In this document: positions 54,104-63,926 of the stretch, piece by piece
Numbering within the stretch: position 1 is the stretch's first letter
How the letters are laid out: every line of letters starts with the position of its first letter
Origin: a virus
Taxonomy: Duplodnaviria > Caudoviricetes
Strand: one strand, 5' to 3'
Virus record (IMG/VR): IMGVR_UViG_3300046517_000603
Location: 371 to 64,370 of that record
Length of the DNA stretch: 64,000 nt
Program-made: the position numbers and the translations under genes
The notes under the pieces: generated by a model
Told to the model about the DNA's origin: nothing
The model's database searches: none
Seen by the model: the letters and a program-made list of their open reading frames with translations, nothing else

Positions 54104-55522
54104 TCATCGGCCCTGCCCACCTGTTGGTTCATTACCAGATCCGGGGGTTTCCTGACCCGGCTTATTCCCGAACCCACCACCACTACCGGAAGAAGGAGGA
54201 GGTTTCAGAGGAACCGGGTCAGGCGACCCCACTTGCTTCGGGGGTAGCCCTGTCTCACGCCTCAGGGCGTCTTCCAACTCGCGATCCACGACGATAGCTC
54301 CTGTCGTGATCAGGCCTGAGATCTCACTCAATGCCAGGTCGATGTCAGGCTCGTATCCGAGGAGAGGTACTTGATCGACTCCCTCGCCATAGTTCCAGTC
54401 CACCCAGTCTTCGATCATGAATGGATTGAACACCTCACAGAACCAGTCAGCGATCGCTGCCTGTCCTGTGGCAAAGAAGTCATGGAACGTCCGGCCGAGC
54501 GCGCGAGAGCCGCTGGTGGTCATTCCGAGCTGCATCATCATCAGCAGCCATTGACGTGCCATCGACTCGTCGTGGTACTTGATAGATCCGACGACATCGG
54601 TATTCCCCGCCCGAGCGATGTCAAGCTTCGCTCCAAACGGAACGGCACCGCCGCTAGCCTCTCCGATCTTGAAGTCACGAGCTAGATTGTGAAGCTGCTC
54701 GATCTCGCCGCCTGTCGCTCCGGGCTGCGCGGTGACGTACGGTACGCCGCCCGCGCGCTCGTGGTTGATAGCGTCGATCCTGATCAGCCGATCTTTGACG
54801 AGCCAGTTCTTGTAACAATCCCTCAAAGCAGAGCGCCCGACCCAGCTACCGTCTTCCTGCTCCCAGACGTACGCGACGAGACGATCGACAGGGATCTCAG
54901 GTGGCATCATATAGCCGGGGGTTCCAAACCCGGTGAGCCTGCTCAGGTTCTGGCGAATTGAGATCAGACCGCCCTGGTCGTTTACGAGAATCTGATCAAT
55001 CGTCTTCTGAGGGCGCTCGCCTAGCTTCCTTAGAACCCAACGGCCGTCCGGGAATCCAGGGGTTGGAGTGATATCACCTAGCTGCTCGAAGTAGGCGTAG
55101 CCGAACAAGAGCGCCCGCATCGCTAGGCGCATATGCTCCTTGAATGCGAACCTGTTCTTGGATCGACCACGCTTCGGCTCCAGCGAGAGCTTCTCGCCCT
55201 CGATTGGAATATTGAGATCCTTCTGCAGCTCGGTCACCATGGCGTCGTCGGCCCCGTTCGGGATTATGTGCCAATCCCACCGCCGAATCGGTAGGGTTGT
55301 CCCCTTGAACAGGGCCGACAACTGTGAATCCGTCCTCATCTGGTTGTACACCGCCACCGACAGAGGCCACTTCAAGTCCGGCACGTACTCAGACGTGTCG
55401 TACCATTGCGACCACGGCGCCATGCCTACCGGGCTAAGTGTACCCTGGAGTACCGCGCCGAGTGGATCGGTGGGCGGTGGGCCGATGCGATCGCCGAGCT
55501 TCTGTGGAGGCGTCATTGCCAT
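54104..55522 (-). CDS. portal protein (DUF935/Mu gp29-like)
   Basis: YNQMRTD.Q…FGYAYFEQ…GRSALR.CY..W..K…ER…GVP…GSRALG. Confidence 0.9.
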   Translation of the reverse strand: MAMTPPQKLGDRIGPPPTDPLGAVLQGTLSPVGMAPWSQWYDTSEYVPDLKWPLSVAVYNQMRTDSQLSALFKGTTLPIRRWDWHIIPNGADDAMVTELQKDLNIPIEGEKLSLEPKRGRSKNRFAFKEHMRLAMRALLFGYAYFEQLGDITPTPGFPDGRWVLRKLGERPQKTIDQILVNDQGGLISIRQNLSRLTGFGTPGYMMPPEIPVDRLVAYVWEQEDGSWVGRSALRDCYKNWLVKDRLIRIDAINHERAGGVPYVTAQPGATGGEIEQLHNLARDFKIGEASGGAVPFGAKLDIARAGNTDVVGSIKYHDESMARQWLLMMMQLGMTTSGSRALGRTFHDFFATGQAAIADWFCEVFNPFMIEDWVDWNYGEGVDQVPLLGYEPDIDLALSEISGLITTGAIVVDRELEDALRRETGLPPKQVGSPDPVPLKPPPSSGSGGGFGNKPGQETPGSGNEPTGGQGR

Positions 55523-55770
55523 CAGGCGAACTCGATCTCGCCCTCGTCCAGGACTGTGCCGTCCTCGTGCTCGATCTTGACGCTGTCGGTGCCCTCGTAG
55601 CCGTAAGCGACAGAAACGTCGAGCGTCCCGTCGTCAACGACTCGCTTGCTGGACTTGTCGCCGTTCGCCTGGTTGTGGAACTTGGCCGTGACCAGTCCGG
55701 CGCCAGTCGAGTTGTCGTAGCTGACCTCGTAGATGTCCCGGTCGTCGAGCTTCCGTGCCGTGATTGTCAT
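55522..55770 (-). CDS. acidic hypothetical protein
   Basis: AGGAG RBS; overlaps the portal start. Confidence 0.6.
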   Translation of the reverse strand: MTITARKLDDRDIYEVSYDNSTGAGLVTAKFHNQANGDKSSKRVVDDGTLDVSVAYGYEGTDSVKIEHEDGTVLDEGEIEFA

Positions 55771-55919
55771 CGTTTCCGCGCTCCTGCCTTCATGCTGCCT
55801 TTCCGGTTCCCAGAACCCCCGCGCTTGGTTCCCTGGTACTGAGCCGTGTTGACCGGCGGGGCAACCTTCCCCGCTACGTGCGCGCCACCTTTCCTACGAG
55901 TCGGCATCCTTCCCTCCTC

Positions 55920-56732
55920 TCAGACTACAGCGTGTGCTCGGATTGAAGCGATCGCTCCAGGCCCCTGATGAATCGACGACCACCAATCCGGGGCATTCTC
56001 GTTCCCCATCGAGGCAACTCGCGAAGGGCTCTTGATCGCTGAGACATGGTGCGTGTTGTAAATGTTGGAGCCGTAATAGACTCCAAGGTAGTAGTTCTCG
56101 CAAAACTTCGGAATCTCGCTCTCTCGGATGGACGTGCCGTTCCTGACGAGAGAGTCGGTATTGCCGTAGCCGCTGAAACCGTAAGCGACATCAGGTGACT
56201 TCGCACCGGCGAGAAACGCCGCGTAAATGAACGTCGAGGAGCAATCCTCGGAGTACGGCAGAATCGGCGGGCTGTGATGGCGAGCCAGCTGAGTCATCGG
56301 CCTCATCTGCGAGTAGTGGATCGACCGCTGACGAGCGATCATCCAGTCCCACCACTTGAAGATGTTTACGACCAGATCCTTGGCTCTAGCCGCCGGAGCA
56401 TAGCTGCCCGTGTAGAGCGCCTGGGAGTGCGCGTCCCAGATGTACTCGCCGGCATGTGGAATGCCTCGCGGAACGCGATGAGGGAGGGACACCTTGTGCG
56501 TGGCCGGGCCGTAAACTCCATCAGCCGTTACCTTGAGAGCCTTCTGAAGCCCGCGCACACCGCTCATGGCTTTCGTCCTGCCCTTGCCCATCATGAATTC
56601 CTTGTGGGCTATGTTGTCGAACTCGGCCCAGGGCCAGAAACCTGCACGACTCGTGATGATCTTCAGCGCCTTGACATCATCACCAGTCATGTTGGTTTTG
56701 ATGATGCGATTAAACTTGACGTTCGGCGGCAT
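55920..56732 (-). CDS. endolysin: peptidoglycan-binding + NlpC/P60-like peptidase
   Basis: GDDVKAL…LQKAL…DGVYGPAT; HYSQMRP…EDCSS…P…GYGNT…HHV…SMG. Confidence 0.8.
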   Translation of the reverse strand: MPPNVKFNRIIKTNMTGDDVKALKIITSRAGFWPWAEFDNIAHKEFMMGKGRTKAMSGVRGLQKALKVTADGVYGPATHKVSLPHRVPRGIPHAGEYIWDAHSQALYTGSYAPAARAKDLVVNIFKWWDWMIARQRSIHYSQMRPMTQLARHHSPPILPYSEDCSSTFIYAAFLAGAKSPDVAYGFSGYGNTDSLVRNGTSIRESEIPKFCENYYLGVYYGSNIYNTHHVSAIKSPSRVASMGNENAPDWWSSIHQGPGAIASIRAHAVV

Positions 56733-56821
56733 TACGGCCGCTTCCCGATCCATTGGATGAAGAGCACAAATGCGATGATCCCGACTTCGACCAACAGGAT
56801 CCAGGATTGTGTATCGGTCAT
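56732..56821 (-). CDS. 29-aa single-TM peptide (holin-like)
   Basis: GAGGAGGA RBS; MTDTQSWILLVEVGIIAFVLFIQWIGKRP; TAATG overlap with the endolysin. Confidence 0.6.
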   Translation of the reverse strand: MTDTQSWILLVEVGIIAFVLFIQWIGKRP

Positions 56822-56830
56822 ATCCTCCTC

Positions 56831-58315
56831 CTACATCGCCGCTGTCAGAAGATCGCCAGCGATCGAGTCAGAGTTGTACTTCAGAACCGTTCCAGCCTGC
56901 ACGCAGCACATTGCGCACGCATCCGCGTGGTTAGGAGATTGAACGCCTCGTTTCTTGGCATCCTCCTTCGTCTCGATACAGATGCGACCTGAAAGGTCAA
57001 CGTACCACTTAATCTGTTGAAGCTCCTCGGCGAGAATGGAGTCTTCCGGATCTAGGTCGATCATTCCATCCTCCATCATGTTCCGGAACGTCCACCACAT
57101 CTCCGAGCGCCGGTTGTTGAACTTTGTCGGGCTAAGTGCCTTGGCCGAGCCCTCGAAGTTGCCTACCTCGCAGCCGAGCTGCTTCAAACGGTCGTACACG
57201 CCGGCACCTAAGCCGATCGAGTCCACGTTCATGGGCACCATGCGCGGGAAGTGACGACTGAGATACCTGAAAGCACGATCGGCGCTATCCATGGTGTTCC
57301 GCTTCGCCCAGGAGTCAACCTTGCGGATCTGACCGCCCCGGTTGCGGTAAATGACGGTCATATCCTCGCCCATGCGGGATACGTCCATCCCGTAACGCCC
57401 GTACTCGAATCCGGGCAGATCTGTGGTGTGAGCCCTCACGATCATGCTCGGAGTGATGAGATAGTCGTCGCTGATGTCCGGGAATTCACCCTCGACCTTT
57501 GAGATCCACAGGTTCGACCCTTCGCCCCAGTCCCGGCGGCGCTCATCGACCCAGTCCTTGGTCGTAAGCTGCTTCAGCACCTGCTGGGGACATTCCTCGC
57601 CGGTGAACGCGGGAGTATCGAACGCGGATATGCGAATGACGTGCCAGTCGGTGCCCGGCTTGCAGTTCTGCGCGAATTCCGACCCAGGGTCATCCGGGTT
57701 GCCGATAGCGAGTACGCGGGACTCGTCGTTGGTTACTAGGGACTTGATGGCGTCCCAGAGCTGCTTCGGGATGCCACACGCCTCATCGGCAATAACTAGC
57801 ACGTACTCGGCGTGGATGCCCTGAAACGCCTGCTCGTCGTAGTCCTGCGGCTTGCGGCCCATGGCCACGATCTCTTCACCCGATCGACCCTCGCCCATAT
57901 GCCACATACACTCCAGCGTGATTCTCCCGAACAAGTTGGCTTGACGGTGAGTGCGGCGTATCTCACGCCAGAGGATCGCCTGTACCTGTGGCCAGCTAGG
58001 CGCGGTAGTGACAACGAACGCAGAACCGATCGGGTGAACAGACGGGTCAAGCCACCAAGACGCGAGTTTGCCAGCGATGAAACTCTTGCCTGGCCCGTGA
58101 CATGCTTTCACTCCCGTGTACTTGTTGACCACGACAGATTCGCAGATCTCCTCCTGCTTGCTCCAAACGTGAGCCTGACAACGCTCTCGAATCCAAAGGG
58201 CAGGCTCCGTCCGGTAAACACTCGGAGGAGGCCAGCAGTATCGCATGACAGCGTCAGCCGTCCCGTGCGGAAGTGAGACTATCCCCAAATCCGACGGGTT
58301 CATCAGCTCCATCAT
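56831..58315 (-). CDS. terL: terminase large subunit
   Basis: W.KQ.EI…HGPGKS, TAP…Q, IADEA.G, IGNP, GEFP, GMDVSR.G.D, VD.IG.GAG, SPNHADA. Confidence 0.93.
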   Translation of the reverse strand: MMELMNPSDLGIVSLPHGTADAVMRYCWPPPSVYRTEPALWIRERCQAHVWSKQEEICESVVVNKYTGVKACHGPGKSFIAGKLASWWLDPSVHPIGSAFVVTTAPSWPQVQAILWREIRRTHRQANLFGRITLECMWHMGEGRSGEEIVAMGRKPQDYDEQAFQGIHAEYVLVIADEACGIPKQLWDAIKSLVTNDESRVLAIGNPDDPGSEFAQNCKPGTDWHVIRISAFDTPAFTGEECPQQVLKQLTTKDWVDERRRDWGEGSNLWISKVEGEFPDISDDYLITPSMIVRAHTTDLPGFEYGRYGMDVSRMGEDMTVIYRNRGGQIRKVDSWAKRNTMDSADRAFRYLSRHFPRMVPMNVDSIGLGAGVYDRLKQLGCEVGNFEGSAKALSPTKFNNRRSEMWWTFRNMMEDGMIDLDPEDSILAEELQQIKWYVDLSGRICIETKEDAKKRGVQSPNHADACAMCCVQAGTVLKYNSDSIAGDLLTAAM

Positions 58316-59190
58316 GCTGTTATCGCGAATGATTCAACCTCCTCGACTTGAGCATCTTCGATCGCTTCCTCGATGACCTTGCCAGGGTCAACCGACTTCC
58401 GGCCCTCCAGAATCACCAAGTGCTTACGAACGACTTGAGGCGCCATCTGCGCCTGCTCCGGTGTCAGTTGGAGATCGTCCAGCACACCCATGATGAACCT
58501 GGAGAGCGCGATTCCGTACATCTCTGCCATCTTGATGGCGCGCTCCGCTAGACCGAGCTTGAGCGCGTCGTTGCCCATCCGGTACAAGAGCGCCACCCGG
58601 TCGCGTCTCTCGCGCACATACAGGTGGAACTGTTTGCCGACAATTGTGTTCTCGATGCCTTCCTTCTCGTCAAGCTCAGCAATCTTCTCGGAAAGCCACT
58701 TGACCTCGCCAGCCGTGATGCGGATTGACCAGATAATGGCCTCGATGGGGTTCATATCAATCGGAGCGCCCATAAGCTGGGCCCGCTCCTGGACTGCATG
58801 GCCGAATCCGACCCTAGTTGAGCCGCCGTGGTACTTACAGCGGCCGAGGCCCGGATGATCCGTCCCGAACCCAGCAGCCTGTTGACATTTTCCACCGGCT
58901 CTCGTCTTCGCCGCGCACTTTCCGGCATAAGCCAGTTGAGCCTGGCCTGGGATGCCTTCCTTGATCTTCAGCTTCTTCGGTGGGTTGAATCTATGTTTGG
59001 GAGCGCCACCCAGCCGTTCGGCCTTGGCAGCTCCTTTGCGTGGCACCTTCGCGCCGGGTGGCTTGTTCTTGTTCAGATCGGCTCGTCTCTTGGTGCGAAC
59101 ATGAAGCCTCTTCAATTGTTCGACCGAGGCATCCGTCATTTGGCCATTCTGGCGCTTGTGGACGTAGTTCTTTGGTGTAGCCACTACCAT
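58312..59190 (-). CDS. terS: terminase small subunit (HGGxSTG-type)
   Basis: CAAKTR.G..C…AG.GT.H.G.GRCK.HGG.T; immediately upstream of terL. Confidence 0.75.
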   Translation of the reverse strand: MVVATPKNYVHKRQNGQMTDASVEQLKRLHVRTKRRADLNKNKPPGAKVPRKGAAKAERLGGAPKHRFNPPKKLKIKEGIPGQAQLAYAGKCAAKTRAGGKCQQAAGFGTDHPGLGRCKYHGGSTRVGFGHAVQERAQLMGAPIDMNPIEAIIWSIRITAGEVKWLSEKIAELDEKEGIENTIVGKQFHLYVRERRDRVALLYRMGNDALKLGLAERAIKMAEMYGIALSRFIMGVLDDLQLTPEQAQMAPQVVRKHLVILEGRKSVDPGKVIEEAIEDAQVEEVESFAITA

Positions 59191-59387
59191 GGCCTCTCTG
59201 GAGGCTTGGCCGTGTACTTGATCGAGCTGACTTGGCGAAAGTCATTCCACCAGTCCAAGTCTCGGCTCCACTCGTACGTCATTGGGAGGGAGTAGAGCTG
59301 ATCGGCTCCCAGTTCTATGGGTTCCCAATCGACCGCACGGATAGCGACCGGCGGGAGCGGATCGGGCAGCATGTACGGGACTGACAC
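59184..59387 (-). CDS. hypothetical protein
   Basis: Overlaps the terS start; possible leaderless start (TACGAT 8 nt upstream). Confidence 0.5.
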   Translation of the reverse strand: MSVPYMLPDPLPPVAIRAVDWEPIELGADQLYSLPMTYEWSRDLDWWNDFRQVSSIKYTAKPPERPW

Positions 59388-59465
59388 CGGGCGGGATCGT
59401 ACCTATGATTCGGCGCTCGCGCTAGTAGCCGCTCAGAAACGGCTTGAACAAAGGGATTTGAGGCG

Positions 59466-60047
59466 TTACGCGAGCGCGCGTGCGGTCGCGCGTACGCGCG
59501 AGGCGCGAGAGCTTTGCTGAATCAAAGCGACTCTCAAAGCTACATGCTTCCACGCAGACCGCTCGTGTTGGTGGCCTCTCACCCAGACGCCCCAATCTTT
59601 GAGGCGCTCGGCCCGAGCGAAGGAGCTGGCTTGAGCCGGAGTCTGCCAATAGACGAAGACCGGCGGGACTTCACCGCAGTTCCAACGCTCGTGTTCGTGA
59701 GCCGAACCCAGCCGGTAGTAGTAAACACCCTGGCCAATGTTGACTGCCCGTAATGGGGCCTTGCCGCTAGGAGTCTTCGGGCCCAGAACAAAAGACTCGA
59801 TCACCATATAGCAGTCATGGGGCGGAATCCCCATCCCCATGACCCATGTCTTGTAGAGGGTGCGCCATCTCCGGCAGATCATTGTGACCTGGTTCCGGTC
59901 GCTGTCCTCTATCGTCAACTGTCCAGGAGCGAGCTTGGTCTCGATCGCTTCCTTGACAGTCTGAGCTTCCTTGTGAAAGGTTGCCCAGGCGAGCCCCGTA
60001 GACCCGCCTGGGTCAACCGCGAATATCGAGTACAGATTTTCCACCAT
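59466..60047 (-). CDS. RuvC-like Holliday junction resolvase
   Basis: IFAVDPGGSTGLA…VIESF…QTPAQA…H.R.A..H. Confidence 0.75.
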   Translation of the reverse strand: MVENLYSIFAVDPGGSTGLAWATFHKEAQTVKEAIETKLAPGQLTIEDSDRNQVTMICRRWRTLYKTWVMGMGIPPHDCYMVIESFVLGPKTPSGKAPLRAVNIGQGVYYYRLGSAHEHERWNCGEVPPVFVYWQTPAQASSFARAERLKDWGVWVRGHQHERSAWKHVALRVALIQQSSRASRVRATARALA

Positions 60048-60070
60048 GCGCTCCCATGGTAGTGGTTTGG

Positions 60071-60730
60071 CTACGGAGCCTTCACCAGATGGATGATGAT
60101 CTCGTCCTGACCCGTGCAGCTATGGGGAGGACTGACGTGTAGCTCGCCGGACGACGTATTTTCGCAAACAGGCAGAATAGTGAAGTTGTCGTCGTCGTCC
60201 TTCCCGCCTGGGCCAGTTGGTCCAGTCGGGCCACGCTGACCCGTGCCGGTTGGGCCTCGCGGGCCAGTAGCACCTTTTGGCCCAGTTGGGCCCTTGGGCC
60301 CTGGCGGCCCAGTGTCGCCCTTGTCGCCCTTTGGCCCGGTTGGGCCCTTTGGTCCAGTAGCACCCTTCGGCCCCGGAGCGCCGGTAGCGCCCTTTGGACC
60401 TGGAGGTCCAGTTGCTCCCTTGGGCCCGGTTGTCCCCTTCGGGCCTTTCGGGCCGGTGGCGCCTTTGGGCCCTGGCGGGCCAGGTGGGCCCGTGGCTCCC
60501 TTGGGGCCTGTTGCTCCACGCTGATTCCAGTTGAGTGGGATCTCGTAGAACTGGCACTGCGCCGTCGGCGCGTTGATGACGCGAAGAACGCCGGCAGTCT
60601 GCTGGGGCGTCCCGGTCTTGGCGTAGCAACCGTGGATCACGCCATTCGCGTCAGGAATGCTAGCGTTGACAGCGGTGGCGACCCCGAACGTGGCTCCAGC
60701 CACAACCAAAGCCACTATGAGTCTCTTCAT
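60071..60730 (-). CDS. secreted collagen-like protein
   Basis: Signal peptide; [12 protein letters not shown]…G.LRVI…C…WNQ; about 30 uninterrupted G-X-Y triplets. Confidence 0.85.
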   Translation of the reverse strand: MKRLIVALVVAGATFGVATAVNASIPDANGVIHGCYAKTGTPQQTAGVLRVINAPTAQCQFYEIPLNWNQRGATGPKGATGPPGPPGPKGATGPKGPKGTTGPKGATGPPGPKGATGAPGPKGATGPKGPTGPKGDKGDTGPPGPKGPTGPKGATGPRGPTGTGQRGPTGPTGPGGKDDDDNFTILPVCENTSSGELHVSPPHSCTGQDEIIIHLVKAP

Positions 60731-60739
60731 CTCCCTCCC

Positions 60740-61018
60740 TCACGTCGATGTAACCCCGGCGACTTCAATCCTCGTGGTGCCGGGGATAATTGTCGGCTCT
60801 ATGCTCCACTCCTCCATGATCGCGGACGCATCCACGAGTATAAGCCACTCGTAGTCCGCCATATGCGGCCCGATGTGGCGTACGTTGTGGTTTGGACAGA
60901 TCGGCAGCTCGTTGAAGATTTCAACAGCGGCCCGGATCGTGTCCCGCTGGTAGTCCGTGAGCGGTAGTGAGTGGTTCATATCCGGCGGGTGGCGGCAGAT
61001 CCGGAAATCCACCGCCAC
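60740..61018 (-). CDS. hypothetical protein
   Basis: 92-aa ORF in operon orientation. Confidence 0.5.
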   Translation of the reverse strand: MAVDFRICRHPPDMNHSLPLTDYQRDTIRAAVEIFNELPICPNHNVRHIGPHMADYEWLILVDASAIMEEWSIEPTIIPGTTRIEVAGVTST

Positions 61019-61050
61019 CCGTTACCACGAGGGATCATGCACGAGGGAGT

Positions 61051-61203
61051 CTAGCAGGGATCGCCGCGTACGTCTAGCTTAGGCAACCCACAGTACGGGC
61101 AGCTCTCTCCGGTGCATTGTACTAGGATGGTCCGGCCGGGGTAGAGGAGCATGTGGTTGTGCTTGATAGGGGTGCGGCGTCGCCTGAAGGTGGGCAGTTT
61201 CAT
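61051..61203 (-). CDS. small basic Cys/His protein
   Basis: ATGA overlap; GAGG RBS; HNH…C…CPYC. Confidence 0.5.
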   Translation of the reverse strand: MKLPTFRRRRTPIKHNHMLLYPGRTILVQCTGESCPYCGLPKLDVRGDPC

Positions 61204-62099
61204 TGGAACCTCACAGTGGCTCGGAGTCTGATCGGAACGCGGGGCCAGGGCCGGAAGGTGTTCCAGCAATCCGGAGCTCCATAGCCACCCTCCCACCCGT
61301 GGATGGCAAGTCCACAAAGATCGTCCTTCCCCCACCGAGGAATCTCCGTTTGGTTCTTGAGGCGGCCATCAGGGGCGAGGCAATACTTCGGAGCGGGTTT
61401 GATGGAGCCGTCATAGCCCATTGAGAGGTTTGAGAGCGGTTCGGCCGCATTTGCGGGCTTTAACCACGGATTCCAGTCGATTTGGCTAAATCTGATCGTT
61501 AATTGGGGGAATTGAGTCGCTTTCGGCCGAAGGACGTATCGGAAGCGCGTTTTGTGCGGAATTTGGCAAGTTTTCCGGACGGGGTTGGTGAATTTGGTCA
61601 AATCGTACGTTTGGAGCTTCTTTCCGTGAATATCAAAGACGTCACACGTCTTATAGCCCAAAAGTCCATTAAAACAGAGCTTGGGCTCCTTGTACCAGAT
61701 GTCATCACGGAATTGAGGGGTGGCGGTGACTACGGCCGAGAGCTGATTCATGTTCTGGGAGAACTCATATTCCCATTTGACGCGTAGGCAGGGGGTTGTC
61801 TCGGCCGGCAGAATGAACATCCCTTCAGTTTTGTCGGGGTCTGCCTGCGCTAGGGTGCGGCTGGTGAATTCCCAAACATGGTTCCAGAACTCGGCCTTGT
61901 CGTGCGGAATCGGTGGCCTGGCGATGATCATCCCGAAAGCGAACAGGCCACCGTAGCGAGGGTCGTTGATGGTCCGGGTTTGTTTCTCGGTATCATCCTT
62001 CACCAGTGGGGCTTTCGGGTTGGCGCGCGGGTGAACCCGAGAATAGGTAGCCGCGTCCCGGAGCCACGTGTAAGTATTTGTGGTTTGAAGGGCTGTCAT
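61200..62099 (-). CDS. hypothetical protein (~299 aa)
   Basis: Long ORF starting just after the upstream stop; no motif recognised. Confidence 0.65.
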   Translation of the reverse strand: MTALQTTNTYTWLRDAATYSRVHPRANPKAPLVKDDTEKQTRTINDPRYGGLFAFGMIIARPPIPHDKAEFWNHVWEFTSRTLAQADPDKTEGMFILPAETTPCLRVKWEYEFSQNMNQLSAVVTATPQFRDDIWYKEPKLCFNGLLGYKTCDVFDIHGKKLQTYDLTKFTNPVRKTCQIPHKTRFRYVLRPKATQFPQLTIRFSQIDWNPWLKPANAAEPLSNLSMGYDGSIKPAPKYCLAPDGRLKNQTEIPRWGKDDLCGLAIHGWEGGYGAPDCWNTFRPWPRVPIRLRATVRFQ

Positions 62100-62103
62100 G
62101 GCG

Positions 62104-62310
62104 TCACTTGCGTTTCTTCGGCTTCTGTGGCCGGCGGAGCTTGGCGCCCTTGCCGTAAGTGGACTTGACCTTCCGGGTTGTTGATGTTCCGCGCTTCCCG
62201 TACTTGTTCGCCTTGGCGTAGAAGACACTCGCGCCCTTTTTAGCGCCATAACGCTTCTTCATCGCTCGGAGGGCTTTGTTTCCGCCCCGGCCGTAGGCAC
62301 GTTTGGGCAT
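62104..62310 (-). CDS. very basic small protein
   Basis: MKKRYGAKKG..VFYA..NK; K/R-rich. Confidence 0.7.
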   Translation of the reverse strand: MPKRAYGRGGNKALRAMKKRYGAKKGASVFYAKANKYGKRGTSTTRKVKSTYGKGAKLRRPQKPKKRK

Positions 62311-62311
62311 A

Positions 62312-62518
62312 TCAGACCCTCGCCCGGTTGAGGCTGCCGAGCTTCGTGTAGGTGTCATCGGTGAAGCAGTGGCAGTCGCCGGTATGGCCCTTGGGGAGCT
62401 GACAGAGGTGGTTGCCGTTGAGGGAAGGGGTGTTGGTCGTACAACCAGGCCCCCACATGAAGTTGCAAACGCCTTTGTCGCCTAAACTGCTGCCTGGGTC
62501 TTGGTCGGTGGTTGACAT
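62312..62518 (-). CDS. small Cys/His-rich protein; first gene of the leftward operon
   Basis: AAGGAGTGA RBS; H.C.L..GH.G.CHC. Confidence 0.65.
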   Translation of the reverse strand: MSTTDQDPGSSLGDKGVCNFMWGPGCTTNTPSLNGNHLCQLPKGHTGDCHCFTDDTYTKLGSLNRARV

Positions 62519-62571
62519 GGATCACTCCTTTCGGATCGGGCCTCGGATTCTAGCGGGACTAGGCGCGTGCG

Positions 62572-62850
62572 GCTCCTCCTACGCGCAAGTACGCGCGCGC
62601 GTATGCGCCCCTGCGCGCACGCGCGCGCGCGCTGTACTTAGATATATATAAGAGTTGGTAGTATGTAGGCGCGCGCAAGTACGCGCGTATACGTGCGCGT
62701 AGGAGTACGAAAATCTGCTAAGACCAGCTAGCTCGCGGGCGAAGTGTAGTTGGAAATTGGAATTTACCTGGAAATCACACTATTTTTTGTATAGTTTGGC
62801 GTTTTCTGGCTAGGCGACTGGTCAAAAGGCCTGGAAAAGTGGGTTTTTTG
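62572..62850. promoter_or_regulatory. noncoding control element B (possible origin/pac/late promoter region)
   Basis: GCTCCTCCTACGCGCA…GCGCGTAGGAGTA inverted pair flanking (CG)n and TATATATA; CCTGGAAA motifs; inverted relative of 11722-11990. Confidence 0.55.
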
Positions 62851-63261
62851 TGTTTTCTAGTTGAATTGCTTAGAATGTGAATTTGGTTTTTAATGCAGAC
62901 CTATAGGTCCACAGCCGGAGTCCCTTCTGTATAATTTTCGCCTCCAAAGTAGTGGCGTTTATACCGCTGAAACATTTGATTTCACATTTGATTCCACCAA
63001 CTCAATTGCGGGTAGTCCGATCCCCCTATTGATACTGGAAAGTGTGGTATTAGCAGGGATTTTCCACCCCCGATCGAATCACGACCCCTGGCGGTATCCC
63101 CTCCCCTACCTCTAGCTCGACCCGTAATTAGTTCCACTATCAATTACCCTCCCCACCCCCTTATCCCCTCGGAATAGAGCTCATTAATTCATATCGGTCA
63201 ATTATTACACGATTTTCAATATTCCATTCCCGATAGGCTTAACTCGCGAGAGCGAGGCGCT

Positions 63262-63477
63262 ATGGCGCCGCCCCTCCGCGAGGTTGAGCTTCTGAATCGA
63301 CTTCGCTACTCGGATTGTTCCCGGTATTCGGGGCGCCGAATTTTCCCCCGGATTCCCAATCCGAACGGTTCATTGGAGGCGGATATCGGACGCAAATTGC
63401 CTAGCCGGATTTGCGCCTCGGATATCGGTTACTTCGATGAATACGCGGGTAATTGGGAGGGACGCAATTATGCGTAG
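63262..63477 (+). CDS. hypothetical protein
   Basis: GAGG RBS; atypical composition. Confidence 0.35.
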   Translation: MAPPLREVELLNRLRYSDCSRYSGRRIFPRIPNPNGSLEADIGRKLPSRICASDIGYFDEYAGNWEGRNYA

Positions 63478-63799
63478 ATTCCGTGAGCCCCGCCCGTCGG
63501 GGAGGGGGAATTGAGAGTCGATACCGCGCCAAATTCTTCTTCCGAATTTTGAGGGGATTACGAGCGAGGGGTCGTTACTCAAAATCCAATTCGGCCGCCG
63601 ATTGTTTGGTAGCGAATTTTGACGCTAATAGGGGATTGGATTAGGGGGCGACTTTTATACGCTTTGACCGGAGTTTAGAACTGAAATACCGGCGACTAAT
63701 TGGAAATGACCGATTAATTCGGACGCGGGATTTGGGTATTGAATAGGCGCTACTCGCCGAATATGCGACTCTAATTGACCCTCCCTCCTTACGGGCGGG

Positions 63800-63926
63800 C
63801 CGCCCAATTTCTCGGGCGGTACCGCTGAGCCGAATTACGTTCGGCTGAGCGGTACGCTGACTCAAATTGAGTCGGGGCCTGCCGTCGGAATTTTCTGACG
63901 GTATCTACCCTTTAGGAGGGTAAATG
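63800..63926 (+). promoter_or_regulatory. multi-hairpin early leader copy + RBS
   Basis: GTACCGCTGAGCCGAA/TTCGGCTGAGCGGTAC; CTGACTCAA/TTGAGTCGG; TGCCGTCGGA/TCTGACGGTA; AGGAGGGTAAATG. Confidence 0.6.
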
